A DNA stretch of 32,000 bases from Promethearchaeia archaeon. GTDB lineage: Archaea > Asgardarchaeota > Lokiarchaeia > Sigyniarchaeales > SOKP01. A program made the position numbers and the translations under genes. The stretch is taken from NCBI GenBank assembly GCA_046497275.1, contig JAWOFX010000137.1, forward strand, positions 1 through 32,000. The letters run 5' to 3'. Position 1 is the first letter of the stretch. The number at the start of each line of letters is the position of its first letter. Below, one piece after another: positions 1-10,271 of this stretch. Under the pieces are notes generated by a model, which searched no databases, was not told the origin of the DNA, and saw only the letters and a program-made list of their open reading frames with translations.

Positions 1-1229
1 ATAGCAATTGGTTTAGAAATTTTCTCTTGTAATTTAATTAATGCTTCATATCTAGGAGTTAGCATAGTCAAATAAATAAGCATCATGTCAACATTAGGGT
101 CGTTTCCTACGATTTCATAAGTATTTTTTTCCAATATAGGATCAAATGTTGCTTGAAGACTGATATCTATTGGGTTTGACATACTCGAGCCGAATTCTGG
201 TATATACTCTCTAAGTTTCATTTTTGATTCTCTAGTCAAATCTGCTAACTTTAAATTATTCATTTCACAAGCATCTGCAGCCGATACAGCGGGGCCTCCC
301 GGACCTGAAATAATAGCAACTTTTTTATTTTTTACTGGCATAGGATTGATGAACGTCTGGATCATACTTATCATTTCTTCTAAATTATACACTCTAATCA
401 CCCCATATTGTTCAAAAACAATGTCCCACATTTTATTATTTCCACAAAGAGATCCTGTATGTGATTGAGCTGCTCTTGAACCCGCGGGCGTAATTCCAAC
501 TTTCCAAATGATTATTGGTTTTCTTATTTTTCTTATTAACTCAATAAATCTTCTTCCATCATCAACACCTTCCATATAACACGCTATTAAATTAGTATTA
601 GCATCATTACCTAAATATTCTAAAAAGTCATTAAAACCCAGATCAATACCATTACCATAACTTATAGATTTTGAAAAATGAATCCCTTTCAAAATACAAC
701 TAAAAGCCATGATATTAGCGATTGAACCACTTTGGCTGATAAGGCCTAATGGACCGGATTCTGTTGGTAAGGCTGGAAAGAACGACAAACCTGTCTCTGG
801 ACAGTAAAATCCCATACAATTTGGACCTATCAATCTCATTTGATATTTTCTAGCTAATCTTAATAATTCTTTCTCAGCTTTTTTACCTTCTTCACTTTTT
901 TCACCAAATCCCGCGGAGAAAATTACCACTGCTTTTACTCCATATTGACCACATTCAGTAATTATATCTTTGACATATTTAGGATGAGTAGAACATATAG
1001 CCAAGTCTACTGGCTTTCCAATAGACTCTAAATCTGAATAAACAGGAATTCCCATTATTTCAACATTAGATTCAGTTATAGTAGGATTGATTATAAATAT
1101 ATTAGGAAATTCTTGATCAATAAATCCTTGTAATAAAATATTCCCTAACCCACCTTTTCTACTTACTCCATAAATTGCAACTGAACTCGAATGGAAAATA
1201 TCGTCAATTTCAGAGAATAAATCATTCAA
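1..1229 (-). CDS. acdA: ADP-forming acyl-CoA synthetase (acetate-CoA ligase) alpha subunit; runs off the left edge, absent from the ORF track
   Basis: Manual translation from TTG at 1229 is open to base 1: MNDLFSEIDDIFHSSSVAIYGVS..., VDLAICS..., IFSAGFGE, RLIGPNCMG, LISQSGS, SISYGNGIDL, YMEG, AAQSHTGSL (phospho-His motif), ISGPGG, NPIDI. AGGGG purine tract upstream. Confidence 0.9.
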   Translation of the reverse strand, partial: MNDLFSEIDDIFHSSSVAIYGVSRKGGLGNILLQGFIDQEFPNIFIINPTITESNVEIMGIPVYSDLESIGKPVDLAICSTHPKYVKDIITECGQYGVKAVVIFSAGFGEKSEEGKKAEKELLRLARKYQMRLIGPNCMGFYCPETGLSFFPALPTESGPLGLISQSGSIANIMAFSCILKGIHFSKSISYGNGIDLGFNDFLEYLGNDANTNLIACYMEGVDDGRRFIELIRKIRKPIIIWKVGITPAGSRAAQSHTGSLCGNNKMWDIVFEQYGVIRVYNLEEMISMIQTFINPMPVKNKKVAIISGPGGPAVSAADACEMNNLKLADLTRESKMKLREYIPEFGSSMSNPIDISLQATFDPILEKNTYEIVGNDPNVDMMLIYLTMLTPRYEALIKLQEKISKPIA

Positions 1230-1652
1230 TCAAATCCCCTCTTATTAAATAGGGCATAAAACATACAATAAATAATTGTTTCATAAATAAAAATTCTTTT
1301 AAGATTTTAAAGCAATATCTCATTAAGGATCAATTTTTAATTATGATTTCTCAGATAAATCTTTAGCTCCGTTGGAAATTAATAAAAATAAAATTTTGTT
1401 AAAAATGATTTTATCCAATAAAATTGGTGTATCCTTGAAATTTAAACAAACAAAAATTTCTAAAATTAATTCATATCAATGATTGGATATTTTCTAAATA
1501 TTAACTCCTTAATTTAATGGTTTTTATGCTATTTTTTGTAAATTATTATTGAGAGAAAAAAGAATCAATTATTTTTCATTTAATAAAAAAGAATTAAAAA
1601 GATTAATCTAACTTTAATATAATTTAAAATCATAAATGAGTTTATATCTAAC

Positions 1653-2201
1653 GTGAATTATTTACCGAATAATAGAAATCATACAGAATTAGATCATCCG
1701 AATTGGAATATTATAGAAGTTTCTAAGGTAGACGACAAAATTATTAAAAATCTGCTTAATAAGTTAAGTTTAGGGATCTCTGATGATTTCTTTATTTGTT
1801 TTGAAAGTTTAATTAAAATCGGAGAAAAAGCCAAACCCTCAATAATTTCATTTATTCAAGAGAATGAGGTTAATCTTTTCATTAAAAATATTTTCTTTTT
1901 TATTTTACAATTGATTGAAAGAAAAAACGCTAATCCTCCATTCCTTCTTAAATTATATAATCCTGATTTCATAATTCGAGCAAGAACAATAATGGAACTT
2001 GAAGCAAAGGGGGAGAAAGAATCTTTAAAATTCTTATTACCTCTTATTGATGATCCAGACGATTCAGTAAGATGGGCTTTAATCAAAATGTTAGTTTCTC
2101 TTAATTTACCGAATAACCCATTAGTAAGAGATATTCTCGAATCAAGATTAGATATCGAATTAAATCCAATAATAATAGAAAAAATAAAGGAAATCCTTTA
2201 A
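1653..2201 (+). CDS. HEAT/PBS-lyase-like repeat protein
   Basis: C-terminal IRARTIMEL...SLKFLLPLIDDPDDSVRWALIKML matches the HEAT-repeat pattern (L.D.d..VR..a...L). GTG start is uncertain. Confidence 0.6.
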   Translation: MNYLPNNRNHTELDHPNWNIIEVSKVDDKIIKNLLNKLSLGISDDFFICFESLIKIGEKAKPSIISFIQENEVNLFIKNIFFFILQLIERKNANPPFLLKLYNPDFIIRARTIMELEAKGEKESLKFLLPLIDDPDDSVRWALIKMLVSLNLPNNPLVRDILESRLDIELNPIIIEKIKEIL

Positions 2202-2211
2202 TTTTTAGAAA

Positions 2212-3246
2212 TTAATCAAAAATATTGTCTATAAATTCAGTAAGAAATTTTTTAAGAACAAGTTTTAAATCTTCTCTCCAAGCCGTTCCATCAAGTTTCC
2301 TATTTTTATTAATTCTATAAAAATCTTCTAAAACAATTGAAATAAGTTCTCTTAAATAATCCAAAGAATGCGATGATTTTACTTTTTCAGTTAAACCCTG
2401 ATACATATCTTTCGCAAAACTCTCAATCAATAAATCACGAAAATCTGAATATTGATACAATTCACCAAGCTTAAAAAAAGATGAGAGAAATTGTGATACT
2501 GCATTTTCGATTTCTCTGGGGGAAATTTTATTCTTGCTTATGCAATAAGCTTTTATCATTCTCTCTATTAATAATCCTCTAAATTCCTCTTTATCAAGTT
2601 TCTGAGTTATTTTTTCTGCCATAGAATTATTATTTTTTCTAATATGTCCTTTTTTCCTTATTTTATGGAGTTTTTGATAATCTTGCTTTATAATATCACA
2701 CAGACTTGAGCGTAATGTAATAATGTTCGTAGTAAATTTTTGATTTCCATAAAATACTGTAGGAACCTTCATTTTATATTTTTCTAAAATATCATAGATC
2801 TCAAGGATATTGTCTCCTTCTTGAGGTCTAAAGAAAACCTCATATAATGAGGAAATCTCGAATTCTTTTATCTCATTTGTGAATAAATTTCTTATATATT
2901 TATCATATTCAATAAAAAATAAGAAGATACAGTCATCTATCGCTAATTCGATATTATCATGTGTTGCTTGACTTAAATATTTTTTATACTCTAATCTAAT
3001 CTTATTTGCTCTAATCATTTCTAAAGCAAAATCCAATAGATTTTTACCATTAATGAGCTTTTCTCTATAATAATTCAGAATGTTGATTAATATGGGTTTT
3101 GTTGGCCCGATGGATTGGTTATTCAAGAATTTCGCAATTTTATTTGGTATTTTCTGCTTTTCTGATTGTTTATTGATTCTCTCATAATAATCTAATAACC
3201 TTTTTCTGTCAATTTGGTATAATTCCTTAAATTCTTGAGATTCCAT
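2212..3246 (-). CDS. hypothetical protein, 344 aa, predicted largely helical
   Basis: Long open ATG frame in AT-rich DNA, 31 bp downstream of the 3278..4306 gene on the same strand; no family motif recognised. Confidence 0.75.
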   Translation of the reverse strand: MESQEFKELYQIDRKRLLDYYERINKQSEKQKIPNKIAKFLNNQSIGPTKPILINILNYYREKLINGKNLLDFALEMIRANKIRLEYKKYLSQATHDNIELAIDDCIFLFFIEYDKYIRNLFTNEIKEFEISSLYEVFFRPQEGDNILEIYDILEKYKMKVPTVFYGNQKFTTNIITLRSSLCDIIKQDYQKLHKIRKKGHIRKNNNSMAEKITQKLDKEEFRGLLIERMIKAYCISKNKISPREIENAVSQFLSSFFKLGELYQYSDFRDLLIESFAKDMYQGLTEKVKSSHSLDYLRELISIVLEDFYRINKNRKLDGTAWREDLKLVLKKFLTEFIDNIFD

Positions 3247-3277
3247 TATCTATTTGATGTGAGTAATTTTAATTATT

Positions 3278-4306
3278 TTATGAGTCTAATTCTTTTTCGA
3301 TAAGATCTAATTCTGCTTCAGAATTTGCTCCCCATTTTGTAATATCAAAGTGAGGATTAATTTTATATAAGAACTTAAAGATATTCTCATTCCCATCAAG
3401 TAATAATCTTAATTGTTTTTTATAATATGATAAACTCCTATTATATTCAGAATCATTTATTTCAGGTATCAAAATAAATCCATAGCTTTTCTTATTACCA
3501 TTTTCTTTTAAAAATTCTTCAACATACAGTATTTCTTTCGTATTACTTTTCAAATTAATTTCTCGAATATTTGGATATACATTAGATTTATCAAACAATC
3601 TTAACGTTTCATTAATTAGATTTTCATAAAAGTTAGGTATTATAATCATTACGTAATATGATGGAATAAATGACAAAATTTTTTTTCGAATCGGATTGCT
3701 TTTCTCAAAAGTATATAAGTAAGTGTTTGAATTGTTTTCCGATATTATTCTTTCAATTATTCCAATACAATAATAATTTTGTTGTTCTTTCCAATAAATT
3801 TTCCTAGATGAACCTAAACCGTGCTGGATTAAATTAATTCCTCTATTTAATTCGTCTCTTATAAAATCTTTAAATGAAAAATCATCTCCTAAAATACTCT
3901 CTTTTATGATTTTACCTTGGATAATGCTTGGATGAATATATTTCGTAATTTTGTTATTAATCATATCAATATCTTCTGTATAGGGTGAACCTATTAAGGT
4001 GAACAAGTCTGTTATTCCATCGGGCGATGAATAAGTCGAATTAAGAGTAAAAAAACTTTGAATAATATTTCGATTCATATTTCTTTCTTGATGTAAAGAT
4101 AAAGACGCTTCGATAAAATTTATACGCCAATTATCGTCTTTTTCAGTTGCTGCTGTCAAAAATATAGGACCTAAAAACTTAAATGGAAGCATTTTAAGTT
4201 TCTCCTTTTTTTCCTCTGAAATATCCGTTGAGAACCTTATATTTTCATAAATCAGATTATTCTCATCGGAAAAAAATAAACCTAAAATTGAACTTATATC
4301 TTCCAT
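3278..4306 (-). CDS. hypothetical protein, 342 aa, mixed alpha/beta; possibly longin/uDENN-like
   Basis: Long open frame with AAGGGA upstream of the ATG. The fold guess rests only on alternating short hydrophobic strands and helices. Confidence 0.7.
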   Translation of the reverse strand: MEDISSILGLFFSDENNLIYENIRFSTDISEEKKEKLKMLPFKFLGPIFLTAATEKDDNWRINFIEASLSLHQERNMNRNIIQSFFTLNSTYSSPDGITDLFTLIGSPYTEDIDMINNKITKYIHPSIIQGKIIKESILGDDFSFKDFIRDELNRGINLIQHGLGSSRKIYWKEQQNYYCIGIIERIISENNSNTYLYTFEKSNPIRKKILSFIPSYYVMIIIPNFYENLINETLRLFDKSNVYPNIREINLKSNTKEILYVEEFLKENGNKKSYGFILIPEINDSEYNRSLSYYKKQLRLLLDGNENIFKFLYKINPHFDITKWGANSEAELDLIEKELDS

Positions 4307-4565
4307 TTTTAAAATTCCCTTGAAATCCTAATGATATTGTTAAGAAAATTCATAAAGCTAAAAAAATTTAATTCTTTTTAAGCACTCCAATCAACGAATT
4401 AATGTCTTACAACCAATAGATAAATTTATATAATATCGAGATATATTAGAAAAATTTAGAAGGATTTTCTTTTTTTAAGTATAAAGAGAAATTATATAGA
4501 AATAATTCAATAATTTAATAAATATATAGAATTTCCTCTATCAAAAACGTCAGAAGAATTAAATT

Positions 4566-5381
4566 ATGGTTAGTTTAGGTTTAAATCAAAATACATGTAA
4601 AAATAAGGATCTTATAGAATTTATGGATTTTGCCCAAGATTTCCAAGGAATTGAGTTAATTTTTGAAAATATTGAAAAATATATCATAAATAATAGTAAT
4701 ATAGAAATAAGAGATATATTAGAATATCTAGAGACCTACAATCTCGATTTAATTAATATTTTACGGTTAGAGGATTTCTCTCTATGCTCAGACTCCAAAT
4801 TTAACAATGAAATACTTCCTAAACTGAAACAAATGCTTAATTTTTGTTATAAATTAGGTTGTTATTTAATAACAGTTTCTCCAAGTATAGAATCAAGAGA
4901 TATTCCCCAATGGAGAATTATAAGAAGGACAAAACGAAAGTTAAAAGAAATTGCTAAAATTGCTTATAAGGAGGATATAAAAGTTGGTTTTGAATTTAAT
5001 AATTTACCAAATTCCTCAATCTCTACTCTTTCACAAGCTAAAGATATCTTAAAACCGTTAGTTTCTCAAGAAAATTTAGGCTATATAATTGATACCTTTT
5101 ATTTATCTGTTGATATGACAAAAATAGAGGAATTAAAGGAAATTATTAATCAAATATATCTTTTTCAACTAAGTGATGTAAATCCTTATATTAAATACCA
5201 AACTTCAAATCTTAAAGAAGAGTTTAGAACCTTTCCAGGAAATGGAAAATTTGATTTTGAGAAATTTTTTAAATTAATAGAAGAATATGGATATAGAGAT
5301 TATTACTCTATCGAGTTGTATCAAAATGAATGTAATCAAAATATGTATTATCGATTTTTTGAATTAAATAAAATTATATAA
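4566..5381 (+). CDS. sugar phosphate isomerase/epimerase family TIM barrel (xylose isomerase-like, IolE/IolI type)
   Basis: Motifs in family order: GIEL, VGFEF, IIDTFY, LFQLSD, R..PGNGKFDF, YSIEL. Confidence 0.8.
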   Translation: MVSLGLNQNTCKNKDLIEFMDFAQDFQGIELIFENIEKYIINNSNIEIRDILEYLETYNLDLINILRLEDFSLCSDSKFNNEILPKLKQMLNFCYKLGCYLITVSPSIESRDIPQWRIIRRTKRKLKEIAKIAYKEDIKVGFEFNNLPNSSISTLSQAKDILKPLVSQENLGYIIDTFYLSVDMTKIEELKEIINQIYLFQLSDVNPYIKYQTSNLKEEFRTFPGNGKFDFEKFFKLIEEYGYRDYYSIELYQNECNQNMYYRFFELNKII

Positions 5382-5805
5382 ACTCCATTTTAATTATAGT
5401 ATTGTATTGAAAAATTGTATATTTAAATAAAAGAATTTTTATCAGATAATAAAGTGTAAAAGGGAATTATTGTCTATTAAAAAATGTGCAAAAACTAAAA
5501 TAATATAATTAAGATTTTTCATATATCTATTATAAAAGTAAAATATTACAAAAAAATGGGGAGTTAATTAATAATGCCTAATTTTATTCATCGAAAAGGT
5601 TTTCAAAAGAAAAGGGTATATGAAAATTTATATTATATCCCCGAAAGGAATAATTTAAACTCCCTTTACAACGTTTATTTAAAGAACCGTTTTTTTAATC
5701 AACATAATATGTATGAAAAATTGAATCTTTTAAATTTCGGAATTTTTCATTTTAAAATGCGAAAGTATAACCCAGAACTTTATAAATAAGAGGAGAAATA
5801 TATAT

Positions 5806-6351
5806 ATGCCAGATTATGATTATACATTCAAGCTTTTACTCTTAGGTGACGCTTCAGTTGGTAAGACATCATTTACTAAGAGATATTGTTACAATATTTT
5901 TAATCCAAGCGAACGTCTCACCATAGGTGTTGATTTTCACGTTAAAACAATCGAAATAGATTATAAAGGCGAACCTAAAAAAATAAAATTGCAGATTTGG
6001 GATATTGGAGGAGAGGAACGTTTTAGGTTCCTTCTCCCAACATATTGTTTGGGAGCGAACGCAGCTTTTCTACTATATGATATAACTCGTCCCTCCACTT
6101 TGGAGAATATTCCTGAATGGACTACGATTGTAAGACAAAAAGGGGGAGCTATTCCAATTATGTTAGTAGGGGCAAAAATCGATTTAGAACCAGACCAGAG
6201 AAAAATTGACCGTGATAATGGGATACAAATTGCTGAACGTAATAAATTAGCTGGTTTTGTGGAAATCTCCTCAAAGACAGGTGTGAATGTTGATGAAGCC
6301 TTCGATCTTTTGGCGGAATTGACTTTAGAGAAAATGGAAAGTAAAACTTAG
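5806..6351 (+). CDS. Rab/Ras-superfamily small GTPase (Asgard eukaryotic-signature type)
   Basis: G1 GDASVGKT, G2 TIGVDF, G3 WDIGG followed by ERFRFL, G4 GAKID, G5 ISSK, then GVNVDEAF. AGGAG Shine-Dalgarno-like site upstream. Confidence 0.93.
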   Translation: MPDYDYTFKLLLLGDASVGKTSFTKRYCYNIFNPSERLTIGVDFHVKTIEIDYKGEPKKIKLQIWDIGGEERFRFLLPTYCLGANAAFLLYDITRPSTLENIPEWTTIVRQKGGAIPIMLVGAKIDLEPDQRKIDRDNGIQIAERNKLAGFVEISSKTGVNVDEAFDLLAELTLEKMESKT

Positions 6352-6356
6352 GTGGT

Positions 6357-7325
6357 ATGATGGGAGAAGAGAAATACTTAGCTCTTAACCAGTTATTTGA
6401 TTCTATTGGGATAATAGAGAAAGGAATAGAGAAAATATACCATTATTTATTATTGAATAAACGAATTGATAATTTAAAAAAGGTATGTAATGAATATAAT
6501 TTAACCCTAAAAAGAGGTTATAAAATTAGTTCTGTTTTATCAGATTTAGAACTTGTTCAAACTTATGATCGCCCTATGAAAATAATTCTCCAAACTCCTG
6601 TAATACCAGTCTGGCAAAAGATTATAAATGACCGAATAGAAGATTTAAAAAGAGTTTTTGATGAGAAAGTTAATTTTTGCGAGAGATCATTAACTGATTT
6701 TATCAAGATATACGATCTAAAACAAGAACAAGTAGAACAAGAACCCGTTGAATTTATTAATTATTCAATCGATAATATTGAGGATTTATATTATCCGTTC
6801 TTAGCTGCTGAAGAATGTAAGATTGCTATGGGTATTAGATATGAAAATACTTTAGTAAGTGCTATTAAGGATAAACCTATGGATCTGATAAAAAAGCAAT
6901 TTCAGCCAAAAATCTTAACGGGAATCGAAAATATCGTAAATAATATTAAAACTATTAAGATCAAAGTTGTGTTTAATCAAGATATAATTGATGTTTTATT
7001 GAATAGCAGAGAATATATGATTTTAACCAGTTTGTTAGAATCTATTAATTTTGAATTCAAGGAGCTACACACTCAAGTCACAGAGGAGGATTTCAGCAAT
7101 TTTAACCTTGTGGATGATGAATTGATACAACCTAGCTTCGATCCTGCAAATAAATTAATGGGGGCATATATTTCGAGAAATAAAAACATATATCAAGTTT
7201 TTGAAGATAAATTTGAAGATTTATTCAATAAAAGTATTCCGATTAATCAATTTTTAGATAAAAGCGAAAGTCTTAAAAAAAAAGTACTTTCTGATATACA
7301 ACGTTTTGTTTTATGTTTATTATAA
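6357..7325 (+). CDS. TrmB-like transcriptional regulator (N-terminal winged HTH, C-terminal effector/PLD-like domain)
   Basis: N-terminus LFDSIGII...EKIYHYLL...LTLKRGYKISSVLSDLELV...P follows the TrmB HTH pattern. C-terminus FNLVDDE...AYISRNKNIYQVFEDKFEDLF resembles the TrmB effector-domain end. Starts 5 bp after the GTPase stop. Confidence 0.65.
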   Translation: MMGEEKYLALNQLFDSIGIIEKGIEKIYHYLLLNKRIDNLKKVCNEYNLTLKRGYKISSVLSDLELVQTYDRPMKIILQTPVIPVWQKIINDRIEDLKRVFDEKVNFCERSLTDFIKIYDLKQEQVEQEPVEFINYSIDNIEDLYYPFLAAEECKIAMGIRYENTLVSAIKDKPMDLIKKQFQPKILTGIENIVNNIKTIKIKVVFNQDIIDVLLNSREYMILTSLLESINFEFKELHTQVTEEDFSNFNLVDDELIQPSFDPANKLMGAYISRNKNIYQVFEDKFEDLFNKSIPINQFLDKSESLKKKVLSDIQRFVLCLL

Positions 7326-7505
7326 TCATTATAGGCAAGAAACTTGAAAACTCTTTTTAAAACTGCATTACTGATCTTTTTCAAGAATGTTGTTCAGCTA
7401 AAATATCTTAAAGATTAAATTAGAGAATTTACATGATAAAATCCGATAGTAAAAAAAATAATAATAAAAATATTATAATTGAATATTTATGATTTTAGAG
7501 AGCTT

Positions 7506-9071
7506 TTAACATTCTTTGTCTTCTTGCGTTTTTTGTTTCCACTTCATTGCCTTTCTATATCGTTTTAACAACTCTCTGGGAGTGACTGGGTGTTCAGAAC
7601 GTTCAAACCTTGTTGGATTTTTACTTAAACCAAATAAATACTTACCTATTTTTTTAAGGTCTCTCATAGGATACCTTCCCATCATTGCGATGGTTTCCAT
7701 TTGTGGACTTCCTCCACCATGGAGTCCAGCAACTTGTAGAATCCCTCCTATATCAGAACATCCTAAAGTTTCAATTCCTTTTATTATTTGTAAGCCTTTT
7801 TCTGGATCCATTCTAGGATTTCTCTGCATATATTTTAGGGCTAATGGACCAATATCCGTATTTGTAAAGGTTTCTAAATAGGGCAAAGTGGCCATTATCC
7901 CACCAGTAATGTCAGCTAAAATTTCATACTCTTTATAGATATTCTCTCCTGCTAATCTTCTTCCGGCATTTGTTAAAACTTCATCAGGAATTTGGGTTCC
8001 TGAAGATGATTTTTCAGAATGCATAGCACTTGATTCTCCTGCTGCAAAAACCAATTCTGCAGTCCCAACTAAATGAGAAATTTTAGTGGAAACATGCTTT
8101 TTATCTTCTATATTATTATATTCTGCAGCTAAAGAACAAGCGCTGGCTAATATCTCACTAATGGCGGGTTTACATCCTGTATAAGAATGTCTATGATAAT
8201 GTGCGAACATAAGGGCTAAAAATCCTCCATAAGCAGTTGCATTAGGGTTTTCCTTTCCATTGAGAAACACTCTTTCTTTAGGAATAAACACGTCATCAAA
8301 GACAATCATTGTTTCAACATCTCCTAATTCGGCAGTAGGGGTTCTATATTTTTCGGGAAGGTTTTGAATTCCATGTACCCATGCAGGTCTTGCTAAGAGT
8401 TTAACACCTTCCCAATCACAAGGAATGGCAAATGAAACCGCATAATCCTTATCCTCAGGTCCTAAATATCGACAGGGAACTGATACGATTTCATCAACAT
8501 AACACGTATTAGTTATACATTGTTTAGCTCCTCGAACTATTATCCCATCATCTCTTGTTTCTACTACTCTTACATACGCGTCTGGATTTTCCTGTTCATG
8601 AGGTCTTTTTGATCTATCTCCTTTTGCATCGGTTGAAGCGCATGAAGCTGATAAATCTTTCTCTTGGAATTTTCTCATGTATTTGTTGAAATTCTCATTA
8701 TAGTTTGTCCCAAGGGCCTCATCACATTCATAGGTTACCACAGAAAGGGCATTTAAAGCATCAATTCCCATACATCTTTGAATACATCCTCCCACTTTAT
8801 GGGATAAAACTCTCGTCATTCGTTGTTTTTTGAGAAGATCCTCTTTATTTTGATGAATGTGAGTGAAACGATTGATTTTCTTGCCAGTATAATGGGATAT
8901 TGCTGTACATAAATCCTCATATTTTGGATCAAACGCACACTTATATGTCTCTTTTACGATGTTTATTCCTCCTTTAATCCTCCAATCATCTCTTCCTACA
9001 ATTTCATCCCCAAGATAGATGTTAGGTTTCATCTTATAAAGACCTTCTATATATTCCTTGGCAGTTCTCAT
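7506..9071 (-). CDS. abfD: 4-hydroxybutyryl-CoA dehydratase / vinylacetyl-CoA delta-isomerase
   Basis: [4Fe-4S] ligand motifs GGCIQRCMG (Cx3C) and HYHRHSYTGCK (His and Cys), plus TDAKGDRSKRPHEQ, GAK..IT and GLHGGGSP. These separate it from HpaB-type monooxygenases of the same fold. Confidence 0.88.
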   Translation of the reverse strand: MRTAKEYIEGLYKMKPNIYLGDEIVGRDDWRIKGGINIVKETYKCAFDPKYEDLCTAISHYTGKKINRFTHIHQNKEDLLKKQRMTRVLSHKVGGCIQRCMGIDALNALSVVTYECDEALGTNYNENFNKYMRKFQEKDLSASCASTDAKGDRSKRPHEQENPDAYVRVVETRDDGIIVRGAKQCITNTCYVDEIVSVPCRYLGPEDKDYAVSFAIPCDWEGVKLLARPAWVHGIQNLPEKYRTPTAELGDVETMIVFDDVFIPKERVFLNGKENPNATAYGGFLALMFAHYHRHSYTGCKPAISEILASACSLAAEYNNIEDKKHVSTKISHLVGTAELVFAAGESSAMHSEKSSSGTQIPDEVLTNAGRRLAGENIYKEYEILADITGGIMATLPYLETFTNTDIGPLALKYMQRNPRMDPEKGLQIIKGIETLGCSDIGGILQVAGLHGGGSPQMETIAMMGRYPMRDLKKIGKYLFGLSKNPTRFERSEHPVTPRELLKRYRKAMKWKQKTQEDKEC

Positions 9072-9281
9072 ACTTTTATCATCTAATTTTTTGATTTTAT
9101 AGTTATTAATTGTATAAAATACTTGAATCCTTTAATATCAAATTCTTATCTTGTGAAATAAATTCCTTTAATAGAATTAGATATCATATGTATAATCTTT
9201 TGATTTAGGACTATATAACTTTATCTTGGAAAAAATAAAAAAAAATAGTAAAAGTTAAAGGTTTTTTAGATTTTGAATGGT

Positions 9282-9728
9282 TTAGTGATATCTTTCTGTA
9301 GTAAATACTAACCATAAAAAGCCGACTGCCCCAATTACTAAAACGATAATAGTAATATAGTTAATCCATTCTAACCACCATGCACCACCAGCACCGATAA
9401 TTCCAATTAAATCAGCAACAGCATTAACCGTCATAATAGCTAATACTACTAATGCGATACCAAGAGCCCATTCCTCCTCTTTGAACATTCCAATACCTGC
9501 TATAATTGCGAAAACTCCCAAAGTGATTGTGACCAATCCTTGACTTCCAAGTATTGATTGTAGTTCCTGACTTACTGTAGAACCTAAAACCCAAGATGGT
9601 AATGTAAGAGGAATGCCCGCCCAGGTTAAAAATTCCATCACTGCTAGAAAAATATAGAACGCTCCTAAGAGAATTAAAATTATATTAAGTAATTCATTTG
9701 AGTCTTTTACTTTTGTTTCTTCACTCAT
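9282..9728 (-). CDS. small integral membrane protein, about four TM helices
   Basis: Four hydrophobic stretches of about 20 aa (LLNIIL..., GLVTITLG..., WALGIAL..., YITIIVL...). Confidence 0.8.
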   Translation of the reverse strand: MSEETKVKDSNELLNIILILLGAFYIFLAVMEFLTWAGIPLTLPSWVLGSTVSQELQSILGSQGLVTITLGVFAIIAGIGMFKEEEWALGIALVVLAIMTVNAVADLIGIIGAGGAWWLEWINYITIIVLVIGAVGFLWLVFTTERYH

Positions 9729-10271
9729 ATTTAGACACTTTTTTTATTGAATTGTCAAGTGAAAAATTGTTTTCTAAAATATTTAAACTTTATTTATTTA
9801 TCAAGGCTATTTGCGTTATTAAAAATATCTTCCTTTATGACTTTCTCTATCGCTATTTTACTATTATTGTTAGAATATTAATAAATCCAAAAATGAGTAC
9901 CAAATCTCTTTAAAAATTTATATATTTATTATTCATATTTTTATCTCTTTAAAAAAATCCAATATCAACCAAAATTTATAAAATAACGCTGAATTATATT
10001 AAAAAATGTTCAACCTTTTTCTTCTTTATAGCAATTCTTTTTAATTTAGCTCTAAATAATTAAATGTTTTATACAAAAATTAATAAGATTAAAAAGGTAT
10101 TATTATATTATATTTCTGATTAGAGAGAGAAAGATTAATATGGTAGTATTAAAATCATCACATTGCCTCTGGATTAGATATTTAATCTAAATAAGAGGTA
10201 TAATTTCTTTTGATTCTTTAAAATTTTTTATACCTTCTCATAATAATTATTTAAAAATATAATGAGTTAAA

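Noticed and set aside
1230-1652. Long spacer with an AAGGAG on the minus strand near 1505-1510
   Set aside because: No usable start and open frame follows it; no RNA gene or repeat array seen.
5574-5789. 71-aa ORF upstream of the GTPase
   Set aside because: Composition (N, F, K, Y rich) is what AT-rich spacer DNA gives by chance; no motif. Probably the promoter region, though a leader peptide is not excluded.
7506-9071. 4-hydroxyphenylacetate 3-monooxygenase (HpaB) call, and autotrophy inferred from abfD
   Set aside because: The Cx3C and H...C iron-sulfur ligands point to AbfD; no other carbon-fixation gene is in the window.
9698-9913. 71-aa hydrophobic ORF
   Set aside because: Overlaps the membrane-protein start on the opposite strand; hydrophobicity reflects T-rich DNA.
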